Positions 1-10,012 of a DNA stretch of 64,000 nucleotides are shown piece after piece. The DNA is from Candidatus Latescibacterota bacterium (GTDB taxonomy: Bacteria; Latescibacterota; UBA2968), in contig OZ220741.1 in NCBI GenBank assembly GCA_965116885.1, forward strand, positions 1,024,001 to 1,088,000, given 5' to 3'. The notes beneath the pieces were generated by a model that saw nothing but the letters and a program-made list of their open reading frames with translations, did no database searches and was not told the origin of the DNA. A program made the position numbers and the translations under genes. How positions within the stretch are numbered: the first letter of the stretch is position 1; each line of letters opens with the position of its first letter.

Positions 1-1334
1 TTGGCTCCTACAGTAAATACAGCAGAAGCATACACACCCATACGCTGACCCTTGATAGTACTACCAGCCTGTGGATGGGCATCTGCGGGGGTGGGAGTAG
101 TTGCACTACCATCCGTTTCTTCGCCTGCAAGTACACCTAAGGCTACCGAAGGAGCAAGGATAGGTACGGCGGCACCGTCGTTGGCAGCGTTGTTATCCGT
201 TTTCACCAGTTCAATCTGAAATGAGAGCTTGTCTGTTGGCTCGTCATAGGTAATCACACTGTTTTTGGCGACTGGCGCAGTAGCATTCGCCACACCTGCA
301 ACAGCCTTGGTAAAGACGATATTCCCATCCTCGTCAGCAAAGCTACCCGCTGTCACAGTAATAATATCGTGATCGGCGGGCGTGGTGGTAGCGGTATCGC
401 GCAATGAAATCGCAATGCTCTGGAAATCTGTCCAGGGATACGATTGCGTCTTATCGAGGCGTATCACATCAACCTTGACTTTTTTCGCGCCAAACCCTAT
501 CCAGGCACCATCTCCCGGGGCGGTAATGACAACGCGAAAACCCTCAACATCCTGAGCAGTACGCGATATGATGGGAATACTTATCATATCCGAGCGATAG
601 TTATCCGCACTGGCGGTTACCTCAACCGTGCCTGCTTCAGCAGCATTCGCAACTGGGAGGGACAACGTGCCCGTGTTATCTTTTGCAGCATCCGCTATTT
701 CAATGCTAACGGTTATATTGTCAGCAGCATCATCACTAACAACAGCGACGGCAGTCACCGTTACCGTATTGCCAGTACCCGGTGCCTCAGGTATTGCCGC
801 TTTCAAAGTTACATCCTGAGCCGCATCCGCACCCGCGGTGAAAGCGGGCGGCGTGACAGTGAGCGTTATATCACCTGTGGCATCATCATTGTCGCGGATT
901 GGGAGCATCACCGGATCACCAACATTGGTGTAAGGGTTAACCCCCCCCGAAGGCGGCGTCACGGTCAGCGTCCCCTCGTGAATATATGTCTCATCATCGG
1001 CAATATGTATCGTGGCAGTGCCTGTGGTTGCCCCAGCTATTACCTCGACAGGAACAGTTGCAGCTGGCACAACAGGGTCTGCGGTAGGATCCAAAGTGAC
1101 AGTAAAGCCTGTGGTGGTAGCTAAATCCACAGTTACCGTCACCGTTCCGGTAGCCTCGGCGACCATCGGATCCAGTGTAACAGTCACAACCACGCTACTA
1201 CCTTCTCTCACGTAGTTGTCTCTGCTGAGAGAAACTTCTAAGGTGTTTGCGTCTTGAGCAAAACTATCTGGCACCCCAAAGCCCAACACGAGCAATAGAG
1301 ACGCCAAAAAGCCAATTGTTTTGTGAAAATTCAT
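1..1334 (-). CDS. Large secreted Thr/Val/Ala-rich surface protein with Ig/Calx-beta-like segments (S-layer/adhesin-like); C-terminus runs off window start
   Basis: Manual translation from ATG 1334 (MNFHKTIGFLASLLLVLGFGVPDSFAQ, signal peptide) is open to position 1. AGGAGG SD at 1342-1347. Motifs such as TATIHIADDE and LPIRDND. Absent from the ORF track because the stop is outside the window. Confidence 0.8.
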   Translation of the reverse strand, partial: MNFHKTIGFLASLLLVLGFGVPDSFAQDANTLEVSLSRDNYVREGSSVVVTVTLDPMVAEATGTVTVTVDLATTTGFTVTLDPTADPVVPAATVPVEVIAGATTGTATIHIADDETYIHEGTLTVTPPSGGVNPYTNVGDPVMLPIRDNDDATGDITLTVTPPAFTAGADAAQDVTLKAAIPEAPGTGNTVTVTAVAVVSDDAADNITVSIEIADAAKDNTGTLSLPVANAAEAGTVEVTASADNYRSDMISIPIISRTAQDVEGFRVVITAPGDGAWIGFGAKKVKVDVIRLDKTQSYPWTDFQSIAISLRDTATTTPADHDIITVTAGSFADEDGNIVFTKAVAGVANATAPVAKNSVITYDEPTDKLSFQIELVKTDNNAANDGAAVPILAPSVALGVLAGEETDGSATTPTPADAHPQAGSTIKGQRMGVYASAVFTVGA

Positions 1335-1759
1335 CCTTCGACCTCCTAAAAAAAAGTCAGGATCGAGTAAATGATTGTTTACGAACGTTTTAATTCTACT
1401 GCGAAACTGCATCCCCTCGCGCTGTTCATCGCGCTGTTTAAGACCGGACCCCAGAACAGGGTGAGAGCCGCGACCTTTGCGACTTAGCGGAGAAGCACTA
1501 CCGTATTCCAAATTTATATCCCTCCCTTCAACAGACTTGTTTTCATATATCTTAATTCCTTTCAATACAACAAGTTACGAACAACTATGAATTAACCATT
1601 TTATTCAAGTACCTCCTTCCAAAAACAGCCTAACACACACCAATGCAACATCCTTACAATAGCGTTCAGGAGTAATGCGTTAGGAGAAATCAACACCCCT
1701 TCTGTTTTGTTTGATGTTTGGTTCATGGGAACTGCTCCACATTAATATATGACGGGCTA

Positions 1760-1788
1760 ATTATATGCAATCAAAAACATAGTGTCAA
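1760..1788 (-). promoter_or_regulatory. Perfect sigma70 consensus promoter for the surface protein gene
   Basis: Minus strand TTGACA-17 nt-TATAAT. Confidence 0.85.
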
Positions 1789-1824
1789 GCGTTTTTTCTT
1801 CGGTAATGATATGATAATAAAAAA

Positions 1825-2172
1825 GAAAGGCAAAGGCAATCAGAATCAGGATTTACAGGATTAAAGGATGGGCAGGATAAAGGCAAAAGCAAAGGCAAAG
1901 GCGAAAGGCATCCGCAGATGACGCAGATAACGCAGATGAAAAGGCAAATACAATCAGAATCAGGATAAAAGCAAAACCAACGGCAACACCTCTGGATCGC
2001 GGGTAACACCACCCCGCGATGACGGGAACCTGTCCCATAGAGGCCTTGTTCCTATGTAATATAATATAAGGAATATAAGGGAAGAACAAAAGCAAATAGG
2101 ATCAGGATGGGCAGGATAAGAGGATGGACAGGATGAAAGGCAAAGGCAAAAGGCAGAGGCAAAAGATAAAAA
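1825..2172. repeat. Composite repeat cluster: GAATCAGGAT/AAAGGC purine-rich repeats, CCGCAGATGACGCAGAT repeat, and CTGGATCGCGG..CCGCGATGAC hairpin (1992-2023)
   Basis: The same modules recur at 14052-14175, 24949-25052, 42390-42543 and 50202-50361. Confidence 0.85.
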
Positions 2173-3798
2173 TCAAAAGTCTATGAAGCGGATACCAAGA
2201 TCAGACGGGGGTTTTGGCGCATTGGGATTGACGCGCGCCATGATCTGTTGATCCAAAATGTCAGTGATGATCGGATTGTACGCCTCCCATTGACGGATCG
2301 GCGCATCATTCTCGTCGCGGCGCCAGATCTGGATATCGCCGAATTGCTTCTCCACTGTATAGCCGAGAATGGGATTGGCGAGACTGGTAGCCGCCGACAC
2401 AATATGGCTGACCGAGGTTGAAATCACCGCCGTATTATTTATCGCACGCCCTGTAAACGCATCGTAAAACGGTATCTCCCGGTGCAAATAATAATAGCCG
2501 GGGAGATTATAATAGCGTCTATCAACCTGCCACACACCCTGAACACCGGGCGTGCGGGCGAGGTAGCGATACGCGGCAAAAATCGGATCCTGATCGCGGA
2601 TGAAGGCGAATTTACCTATCTCTTTGGAAAAAGCGCGATACACCTGAGCCTGAGAAGGCAGTGCGTTTAGAATACCGCATAGTGAAATTGCCGCGAACAA
2701 AACCCCCACCAATCCCCAAACGCGCACATGCCCACCAAATCGCGCCACCACATCTGCACCAACCAAAAGCCACAGCGGAACAACCGCAAAAACGAACCGA
2801 TACTCCTTGTGCGCCTGCACAGAATGCATGAGCAACACCAGAGCGACCATCGCCAAAACAAACCCGTAACGCCGCACATCGCGCAGTGCGACAACCATAC
2901 ACAGCGCACCCAACCCGACACTCGCGAGCAAAAGCCACCATAAAAACTGGTATCCCGGGGTCTCGCCAGTACGGTCATGTGCGAGATTGAAACGGATATT
3001 CGTAATATAGGAATGAAACAAACCGCCATCCCACGTCATCGCATCGAACACACCCACCGCCAGCAGAAACACACCCGCTGCCAGCGCGAGATGAACCTTC
3101 TTCTCCGTCCTGAAAAAAAACACACCCAACAGCAACAACGCGATTGGCGCGTACTGCACGCGTATCGCCGCCACCAGCACCGCCACCAGCGCCATCAGCC
3201 ACACCGTCCTTCTCCTATCCACCGACGACCGCACACACAGCACCAGCAACGCCATCAACAGAGCCGTCGCCACAAACTCCGTCATCGGCTTGTGGGCAAA
3301 CCCCGCCAACTCATACCAGAACGCACCTGCTACCAGCGCCACCCGCGCCGATAGCTCCCCAAAATGCCGCCGCGCAAAAAAATACATCCCCACTGGAATC
3401 AGCAGAGAAATTGCACAAAATATCAGCTTGACGCCGCCCACATACCAGAACGGCTCACCGAGTCCCATTAGATCAAACACCTTCAACACCCCGGCAACCA
3501 GACCGGGCACCAGCCATGAACGCGCCCCGTAAAAAAACTCCCAATACGTAACCCCATTCCCAAAAACCAGGCGATGCGCCGGCTCCAAATACTGCATCAC
3601 TTCATCAGGATGCAAAACAAAATCGCCACCCAGCGCAATCGCCGCGCGCACAGCGAACGCCAGCGCGAGCACCGGCAACAAAAACTTCCACGGACGCTCA
3701 TCGGACGCCTGCAAATGCAACAAAGCACCTACCACAGAGACAGGCGACCTCTGCCCTCTCTCCCGGCGCGTCCTCCTTGTCTTCCTTCTCTTCGCCAT
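2173..3798 (-). CDS. GT-C mannosyltransferase, Alg9/PIG-B (GT22)-like
   Basis: HPDEVMQYLEPAHRLVFG..WEF and HKEYRF motifs; many TM helices; start chosen at ATG 3798 after a purine-rich SD. Confidence 0.75.
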   Translation of the reverse strand: MAKRRKTRRTRRERGQRSPVSVVGALLHLQASDERPWKFLLPVLALAFAVRAAIALGGDFVLHPDEVMQYLEPAHRLVFGNGVTYWEFFYGARSWLVPGLVAGVLKVFDLMGLGEPFWYVGGVKLIFCAISLLIPVGMYFFARRHFGELSARVALVAGAFWYELAGFAHKPMTEFVATALLMALLVLCVRSSVDRRRTVWLMALVAVLVAAIRVQYAPIALLLLGVFFFRTEKKVHLALAAGVFLLAVGVFDAMTWDGGLFHSYITNIRFNLAHDRTGETPGYQFLWWLLLASVGLGALCMVVALRDVRRYGFVLAMVALVLLMHSVQAHKEYRFVFAVVPLWLLVGADVVARFGGHVRVWGLVGVLFAAISLCGILNALPSQAQVYRAFSKEIGKFAFIRDQDPIFAAYRYLARTPGVQGVWQVDRRYYNLPGYYYLHREIPFYDAFTGRAINNTAVISTSVSHIVSAATSLANPILGYTVEKQFGDIQIWRRDENDAPIRQWEAYNPIITDILDQQIMARVNPNAPKPPSDLGIRFIDF

Positions 3799-3858
3799 TC
3801 CTGCCCTACTCTCCAATAAACGTTCAATGCGGTAAACACGTATGCTATTTGCCAACAG

Positions 3859-5691
3859 CTATTCTTTTCGGCGCAAGATATGTACACCCCACTCCCTGGG
3901 CAAGGGTGTAAAAGCGTGCATATTCAACTCGGGCCGCTGTGTCGGATAACGATGAACATCCGGTTCCGCGGCTACGACATAGTGCGCCTTGACCAGTTCC
4001 CAGTAATCTTCCTTTAATGTGCCAAAAACCACGATCCAGTCAGGGAGATACTCTCCAACCCAGATGTAGGGCGCATCCAGAGCCTCGATTCTGGCACGCG
4101 GCAAAGGCGAATCCTCGTCGAGCACGTAACAGAACAACACATGGTGACCCGTCGTAAAGATCAGTGCCTCCCGGTCGGCAAAACCCGACACGTACACCAG
4201 ATCGTCCTGCTCGGCATGAGTCAGCAAATAGTCGGAAACCACCCGAATGGAATCGCGGTATGGCCGATGCACTTCACGGACAAACTCAAAAAAGTGAAAA
4301 CCAAGCGTGCGCTCGCCAGTAAACAGCATGGTCATGTTAAACGGATAAGCCCCGGCACTGGTGAACAGCAGAATGCCAAGTGCAACCACACCGGCGATAA
4401 CGTGCCGACGCCATACCCATTCCACAAACAGCCCCTTCATCGCCAACAGCAACGGCAAAGCCCCTACGTAATAACGCAAATCGGCAAACGGGTGCGCCCA
4501 TACTGCCTGGCTCGACAGTGCTGCCGAAAACAACGCGAACAATGTACCCATCAAGATGATCTTTCCCGCAGCCACCAGCGGCAAGTCGTTTCCGAGGATC
4601 TTTTCAGTAATACCTGCACCAGTGTCTGTTCGCTGTCGCCTTGCCTGTCGCGATACCCTGGCCGCCCGCTTCCGTCGGACCTGATAGGCGAGCACTATCA
4701 TACCTGTAAACCACAAAAATACCGGCCATGAAATCCAATCAGCAGTGAACAAATCCCGGATATATATCCAGATTCTCAACAGCAACAAAGGCATTGCACC
4801 TCGATATTCCCCCAGGTTCGTAACGCCCGTGAAAGCGAGAAACCCGCTGCGCTCACCGCCGATAACGCCCAGCCAATAGAGGTACCCGGCTCCCACCGCA
4901 ACTACAGCCACACCGCAGATAGCGAACAACACCCACTCTCGCAGTGCAGTCATACGAGCGCGAAAAAGCAAATGATACGTCCCCAGCGAAAGCATTGTCG
5001 CCGCCCCACCAGCGTAGTGGTTAAAAAACGACAATGCCGCCACCGCCGCAATAGCAGGCAGGTACGCCAGACGTCGGCTCTGCCAGTAACACTCGTACAA
5101 ATAAAAAATAAGTATCAGCGCGAGCACCATCACCGAAAAGTAGCGAGACTGGCGGAAATACAACAACAACTGCGCCGACCAGGCAGCGAATAAAAAAATA
5201 AAGAACATCAACCGCGGGTAGTTCGACAGGTACTGGCGCAACAGCAGATAGAACACGCCGAGAGCGACGACACCTATGACAGCATGTACAATGCGCGCGC
5301 CTATCTCGTTAATGCCGAACACCGCGAACCCGGCAGCATTCAGCACATACATCAGCGGCGGCCAGGGATCGCGCAGATCATCATTGAGCGAGCGTCCATT
5401 CGTGCCGCAGACCAGATTGCGCCCATCCCAACCGAGAATATCGCCCTGCTGCAGCAAATTTTTGCCTATAAAGGCGGGAGGCGCCTCGTCGTGCCACAGC
5501 GCGGCGTAATCCAGATTGACCAGGCACAAGTACGCCGCGACCAGCAGCACGCCTATGGACGCCGCAGTATATGGCGCGGCGCGCAAACGGTCTGATAGTG
5601 ATACAAGTCTTGTCAATATATTCTCCTCATCCACCTGAATACCAGACGGACCGCATCGTAGCGCAGTTGTTCCATTCAACCTACCGCTCAT
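3859..5691 (-). CDS. GT-C glycosyltransferase, ArnT/PMT-like
   Basis: LWHDE loop motif, multiple TMs, RQSRYF; ATGA overlap with upstream gene (start uncertain). Confidence 0.7.
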   Translation of the reverse strand: MSGRLNGTTALRCGPSGIQVDEENILTRLVSLSDRLRAAPYTAASIGVLLVAAYLCLVNLDYAALWHDEAPPAFIGKNLLQQGDILGWDGRNLVCGTNGRSLNDDLRDPWPPLMYVLNAAGFAVFGINEIGARIVHAVIGVVALGVFYLLLRQYLSNYPRLMFFIFLFAAWSAQLLLYFRQSRYFSVMVLALILIFYLYECYWQSRRLAYLPAIAAVAALSFFNHYAGGAATMLSLGTYHLLFRARMTALREWVLFAICGVAVVAVGAGYLYWLGVIGGERSGFLAFTGVTNLGEYRGAMPLLLLRIWIYIRDLFTADWISWPVFLWFTGMIVLAYQVRRKRAARVSRQARRQRTDTGAGITEKILGNDLPLVAAGKIILMGTLFALFSAALSSQAVWAHPFADLRYYVGALPLLLAMKGLFVEWVWRRHVIAGVVALGILLFTSAGAYPFNMTMLFTGERTLGFHFFEFVREVHRPYRDSIRVVSDYLLTHAEQDDLVYVSGFADREALIFTTGHHVLFCYVLDEDSPLPRARIEALDAPYIWVGEYLPDWIVVFGTLKEDYWELVKAHYVVAAEPDVHRYPTQRPELNMHAFTPLPREWGVHILRRKE

Positions 5692-7580
5692 TCCCGCCAC
5701 ATAATCTCGGTAATAGCGAGACCGCCGCCGTTGAGATCGTCCTTACTCTGGTGCGGATTGGCAACGCGAAAGCGCACGCGCACATCGCCGGACAACTCCG
5801 ACAGCGGAGCGCATACATTCTTACTCGTCTTATTGTCCAGATCAAACGACTGCGGTGACACATCAGCGTAAGAGATAGCGACTTTCAGCGGATCCTCTGG
5901 CGGATGGAACGGCGCCAGGACAGAGAAGCACAGTGTTGCATCGCTATTTGCATCTACCAGCACACTTGAGCTTTGCCCGATACTCAGCGGACCGAGGTTG
6001 GTACCGACCCAACCCGCCTTGAACGCAGCAGAATCTTCCCCATCCTCAGACAGCTTCTGCAGTTCAAAAGGCGTATCGTCCAACGCGGCAATAGTATTTT
6101 TGCCCACAATATAAATATTTGCCTGTGGATAGTAATAAACGAATCGGTCATCCACGTACTGAAAGTATCGCTGAAACCCCGCCGAAAAGGTGATCACACG
6201 CTCAGCAGCATCAAAGTATTGGAACTTAGAATATTCGTGAGACAGGACATTGTGCGGCCGTACATCCGTCAGAACCAGTGACGCCACCGCCTCGTCCATA
6301 ATAAACTCGCCCATCGTGTTATCGACAATAAGCCCGTGGGTTATATCGGTAGCGTGGTCAACCGGCGCAATGTTATCCATATACGAAAAACTGAACCCAT
6401 CGCGTATGACATTCTCGCGGACATGGACATTACCCGTCAGCGTGGCAGTCAGAGAAACGCACAGAACCAACTGCAGCAGGGCGGACATCAGAATATGGCG
6501 TCGGTCCGAGTGTTTCCGCGCAACATCCGGCTGCGTCATCTCCCGCAGTAAGGCGGACACCAGAGGCCAGAACATCACCACCATCACCGGTGCCATCGTA
6601 TAGGGATAAAAGGTACCAGCCAGCGGGTCCTTCGCCATCAAGTGCCACAACACCCACGGCAGAACGGCAACAACTGCGACCAGAGGCAGCAGGCTCCGTT
6701 GCACAACAGCGAGCAGAGCCAGTGCCAACATCGGAATGTACACGTACTCGCGGTCGGACGCGATAAAAGCCAACCGTTCCAAAATTAGATCCACAGTCAG
6801 GTGCGCGTAAGGCGGCGAGCCGACAAACTTCCACACAATCGTGTCGTCGCTCGGAGAAAAGGATTGCCGCACCAGAAACGCCACAACGCTGTACCCAATA
6901 CAAATGAGAGACACCAGCCCGAAAAACCGCCAGATATCCCGTCGTTCCCGCACGCACCACCAGAAGTACGCGGCCAGCAGAATGAACAGACCGAACCCGT
7001 GCAACCCCGCGTCCTCCCGGACACTGAGCAGCCCGGCCAATGGCAAAAAGGGCAACCACCACAAACGCCGATATTCACGCAGACGTATCCAAACCGCGAT
7101 AAACAAGGCGATAAACGCGGGCATCGCCATCTCCACATGGGGAAAACTCGTCGATGTGAACACGAACGGATTAAGCCCTGTAGCGACAGATACAACCGCG
7201 AGCAACCAGCAATTCATCGCCCTGTAGCCAATCAAAAAAACCGCCAGACTGACCATCCCTGCCCAGGCACCCTGCACAATTGAAAAATAGACCTGCTCGG
7301 ACAAAAAAGATGAAAATATCTGGTAAATCCATGAAAGAGGAAAAAAGAAAAGAAACACATGACGCCCCAGCATCGGAACATCTTCTATACTGGGAATACC
7401 CGTGACCTTCGGCGTCAGAGCATGGGTTGCCAGATAGGCAAACCAGCCAGCATCGTAAAGCGGGGCACCGTGAACGTAAAAGAGGTGAAGCAATGAATTG
7501 GCAATGACCACCTGCGGCAAAACAAAACACACCGCCGCGAGCAAAGCAGTTCGATAGCCGAATCGATTAGTCAAGCACAC
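5688..7580 (-). CDS. Polytopic membrane protein, putative GT-C glycosyltransferase with periplasmic C-terminal domain
   Basis: YDAGWF, PHVE and VREDAG motifs in a multi-TM protein inside the GT-C cluster. Confidence 0.6.
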   Translation of the reverse strand: MCLTNRFGYRTALLAAVCFVLPQVVIANSLLHLFYVHGAPLYDAGWFAYLATHALTPKVTGIPSIEDVPMLGRHVFLFFFPLSWIYQIFSSFLSEQVYFSIVQGAWAGMVSLAVFLIGYRAMNCWLLAVVSVATGLNPFVFTSTSFPHVEMAMPAFIALFIAVWIRLREYRRLWWLPFLPLAGLLSVREDAGLHGFGLFILLAAYFWWCVRERRDIWRFFGLVSLICIGYSVVAFLVRQSFSPSDDTIVWKFVGSPPYAHLTVDLILERLAFIASDREYVYIPMLALALLAVVQRSLLPLVAVVAVLPWVLWHLMAKDPLAGTFYPYTMAPVMVVMFWPLVSALLREMTQPDVARKHSDRRHILMSALLQLVLCVSLTATLTGNVHVRENVIRDGFSFSYMDNIAPVDHATDITHGLIVDNTMGEFIMDEAVASLVLTDVRPHNVLSHEYSKFQYFDAAERVITFSAGFQRYFQYVDDRFVYYYPQANIYIVGKNTIAALDDTPFELQKLSEDGEDSAAFKAGWVGTNLGPLSIGQSSSVLVDANSDATLCFSVLAPFHPPEDPLKVAISYADVSPQSFDLDNKTSKNVCAPLSELSGDVRVRFRVANPHQSKDDLNGGGLAITEIMWRE

Positions 7581-7592
7581 ACCCCACCTCCA

Positions 7593-8822
7593 TCAGGCAA
7601 TCCAGAGGTTCAAGCTAAACTTGTGCAACAAATACAACTGCAAAGCAAACATCGCAGCACAAACCGCATAAATAAGCCATGACCGTTTGACATTTCTCGC
7701 CAGCGCCAACGCGAGGAACGGAATCGCAACCAAAAAGAAACGGGGAAAAGACACACCAATCCCCATTGCCGTCTGGCAATATATAAGCGGCAGATAAAAG
7801 CACAGCAAGCCCCACTCCTTATACAAAACAAAAATCAGAGCACACAGCATAGCAGCGACAACAAAAATCTTGTTAAACAAACTCTCTCTCGCACCAAACC
7901 AACTCGTGCTCTCACTGGAAAGATACGCAACAAAATGCCCCGGATTGATCAGATTGGATATGCTATTGACACCAAAGGTATCTTGCCCGGACACACCTGC
8001 CAGAGGATCTCCCGTAGTAAAACCAAAAAACGCCAAATACAACATTCCCCCAACCAAAAAAGCATAAAAACAACTCAAATAGTAATTCCAGTTGAAAGCA
8101 ACCGAATCCGCTATCGCACTTACATAAGCATCTTCTTTTCGCGCCCTTCGCCGCCTTTGACTCCGCGTCTCCGTTTTTCTCTTTCCCGATCTAAAATGCT
8201 CTACGAGCACATAAGCAAACAGACCAACAGCAAAAAACAATGCTGTTCCCCTCGTCAACGGCAACAATGCCGCATAGACCCACCTCTTTCTACTTTTCGT
8301 AACCAGAAGATGATAAACAAGTCCCAATTGCAGAAACAGAAACAACGCCTCTGTATAAAAAACCGAAATAAAAAAGGCAGTGGGAAATGCCAGCACAATC
8401 AGAACAGCCAGATAAGGCTTCTCACAGCCAAAATGTTCGCCCAGCTTGAACAAAAAATAACAAAATCCCGCAGTCAACAAATAACTCAGCAAAGCCGCCG
8501 CTACCATTCGCGGAACAACATAGCTCAGAATGTGAATTAACACGGGATACAATGGAAAAAAAGCGCGAGGACTATCTGGCGTCTCCTCGTAATTGTACCC
8601 CCAATCAGACAACAGCAAATAATACTGCCCATCCCAGTTGGCAAATGGAATATACCACGATGACACATCGTCCTGTCCGGTGTACCAGCGATTCCACAAA
8701 TTCGGTACATTGTCAAAATCTGAATAGGCATAAAAAGAAATCAATATTGCCGACACAATCAGCGTTTTGACGACCAATGCCATACCAACTGCATATTTTT
8801 CTTTCAGGGTGAATCTCAGCAT
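7593..8822 (-). CDS. GT-C mannosyltransferase, PIG-V (GT76)-like
   Basis: NWDGQYY..GY, AFFPLYP, FPTAFF..YTEALF and SFPRF motifs typical of PIG-V-like proteins. Confidence 0.75.
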   Translation of the reverse strand: MLRFTLKEKYAVGMALVVKTLIVSAILISFYAYSDFDNVPNLWNRWYTGQDDVSSWYIPFANWDGQYYLLLSDWGYNYEETPDSPRAFFPLYPVLIHILSYVVPRMVAAALLSYLLTAGFCYFLFKLGEHFGCEKPYLAVLIVLAFPTAFFISVFYTEALFLFLQLGLVYHLLVTKSRKRWVYAALLPLTRGTALFFAVGLFAYVLVEHFRSGKRKTETRSQRRRRARKEDAYVSAIADSVAFNWNYYLSCFYAFLVGGMLYLAFFGFTTGDPLAGVSGQDTFGVNSISNLINPGHFVAYLSSESTSWFGARESLFNKIFVVAAMLCALIFVLYKEWGLLCFYLPLIYCQTAMGIGVSFPRFFLVAIPFLALALARNVKRSWLIYAVCAAMFALQLYLLHKFSLNLWIA

Positions 8823-8908
8823 TGCAACCTTTCTTTTTTGCAATAAAAAACAAACGCCTCACGGGTCGGCAAAAGACCTGGGAGGCACTTGAAGAAAGAT
8901 AGAACCTT

Positions 8909-9019
8909 CTGGATCGCGCGGGACGGCACGGGGGCCGTCCCCTACAACGGCAGGCCACGATGACACCTTAGAGGCAAAGGCGAACCTCTGGATCGCGGAT
9001 GACGCCACCCCGCGATGAC
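8909..9019. repeat. Two CTGGATCGCG..GATGAC hairpin repeats, the first containing a nested GTAG-type REP (8920-8945)
   Basis: Direct comparison with intact 32-nt copies. Confidence 0.8.
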
Positions 9020-9058
9020 GGTGATGGATTATTGGCGTCATGCGTCAGAACAACCGCG

Positions 9059-10012
9059 TCATGCATCCAACGCTTGCTCAAATGCGTCAAGATTGGACAC
9101 CTGGATCGCTGCACGATGCAACTGCTTGAGACGTTGCAGATCGTCAATCGCGGCAAGGCGAGCAGATAGGGGGTGCGCTTCGCTCAGGTCAAATCGAATC
9201 TCCAACACGTCGAGGATATCTTCGATGGCACGTTGCCTGACCCCCTGCTCAATGCCTTGCTCAATGCCTTGCTCAATGCCTTGCTCAATACCTTGCTCAA
9301 TGCCTCGTTCAATACCTTCCTCAATACCTAATTGCTTGATGTATTGTGCAAACGACGATTCGCGCATAATGGCATCCATAAGACCCTCCTGTAAGAGAAT
9401 GCGATTGATCAGTGTCTGATCATACGCTAACCCACTCAATATCATCATCCTGCCCAAAATGTCAACCTTTATTGATTCATCCACCCGCAGTGCATTCGTC
9501 GCGTCAACACAGTGGCGAAACCACGCATCCGAGTCCATCCTATCAGGACGTTTCATCAAGGTGGTAAACGGAAACAAGCCCGAAGGTCCGCCATCAAGAA
9601 TCTCCTGTCCCTCTATCTCACTCAGCCGAATCACTGTGTATTCTATCAGAACGCGACGACCGAGAAAATCCTGGACATAATACCCCGGATCGCGACGACC
9701 TGCATTGCGCCGCAAGTAGATCACACTGGAGTAAATCGGCAGGTCGTGCTGCTCTATCGCACGGATCATATAGCCCGCCATGCGAAGCGGCATAGAGGGA
9801 TCGTCAGTGGTTTGAAACTCCGTATGGATCAACGCCTCCTTGCCTGCGATAAGGACGCGAATGAGGCTATCGGCGTATCGTGTATCAACCGTGCTTTGCT
9901 CTGTGTCGAGGATGTCCAGGACTTCTACATCGTCCTGTTCAAGTGTGAGGCGGATGAAGTCTTTGGGATAGGTCTGGATCAGATCTTTGGAGACGGTGTC
10001 ATATTTGGCCAT
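9059..10012 (-). CDS. Rpn/YhgA-like PD-(D/E)XK nuclease, copy A, with GIEQ repeats
   Basis: ADSL..HTEFQT nuclease motif, RMAGY, C-terminal (GIEQ)n followed by a helical domain. Confidence 0.8.
   Translation of the reverse strand: MAKYDTVSKDLIQTYPKDFIRLTLEQDDVEVLDILDTEQSTVDTRYADSLIRVLIAGKEALIHTEFQTTDDPSMPLRMAGYMIRAIEQHDLPIYSSVIYLRRNAGRRDPGYYVQDFLGRRVLIEYTVIRLSEIEGQEILDGGPSGLFPFTTLMKRPDRMDSDAWFRHCVDATNALRVDESIKVDILGRMMILSGLAYDQTLINRILLQEGLMDAIMRESSFAQYIKQLGIEEGIERGIEQGIEQGIEQGIEQGIEQGVRQRAIEDILDVLEIRFDLSEAHPLSARLAAIDDLQRLKQLHRAAIQVSNLDAFEQALDA

Noticed and set aside
444..1215. Plus-strand ORFs at the window start
   Set aside because: Shadows of the minus-strand surface protein, which has an SD and signal peptide
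1400..1505. c-di-GMP-I riboswitch (GTCGCAAAG..GGCTCT resemblance)
   Set aside because: No GAAA tetraloop stem and no complementary 3' strand found by eye; needs cmscan
1785..2095. Small hydrophobic ORFs over purine-rich repeats (also 24955, 42302, 50208)
   Set aside because: Translations of the repeat's reverse strand with no evidence of being genes
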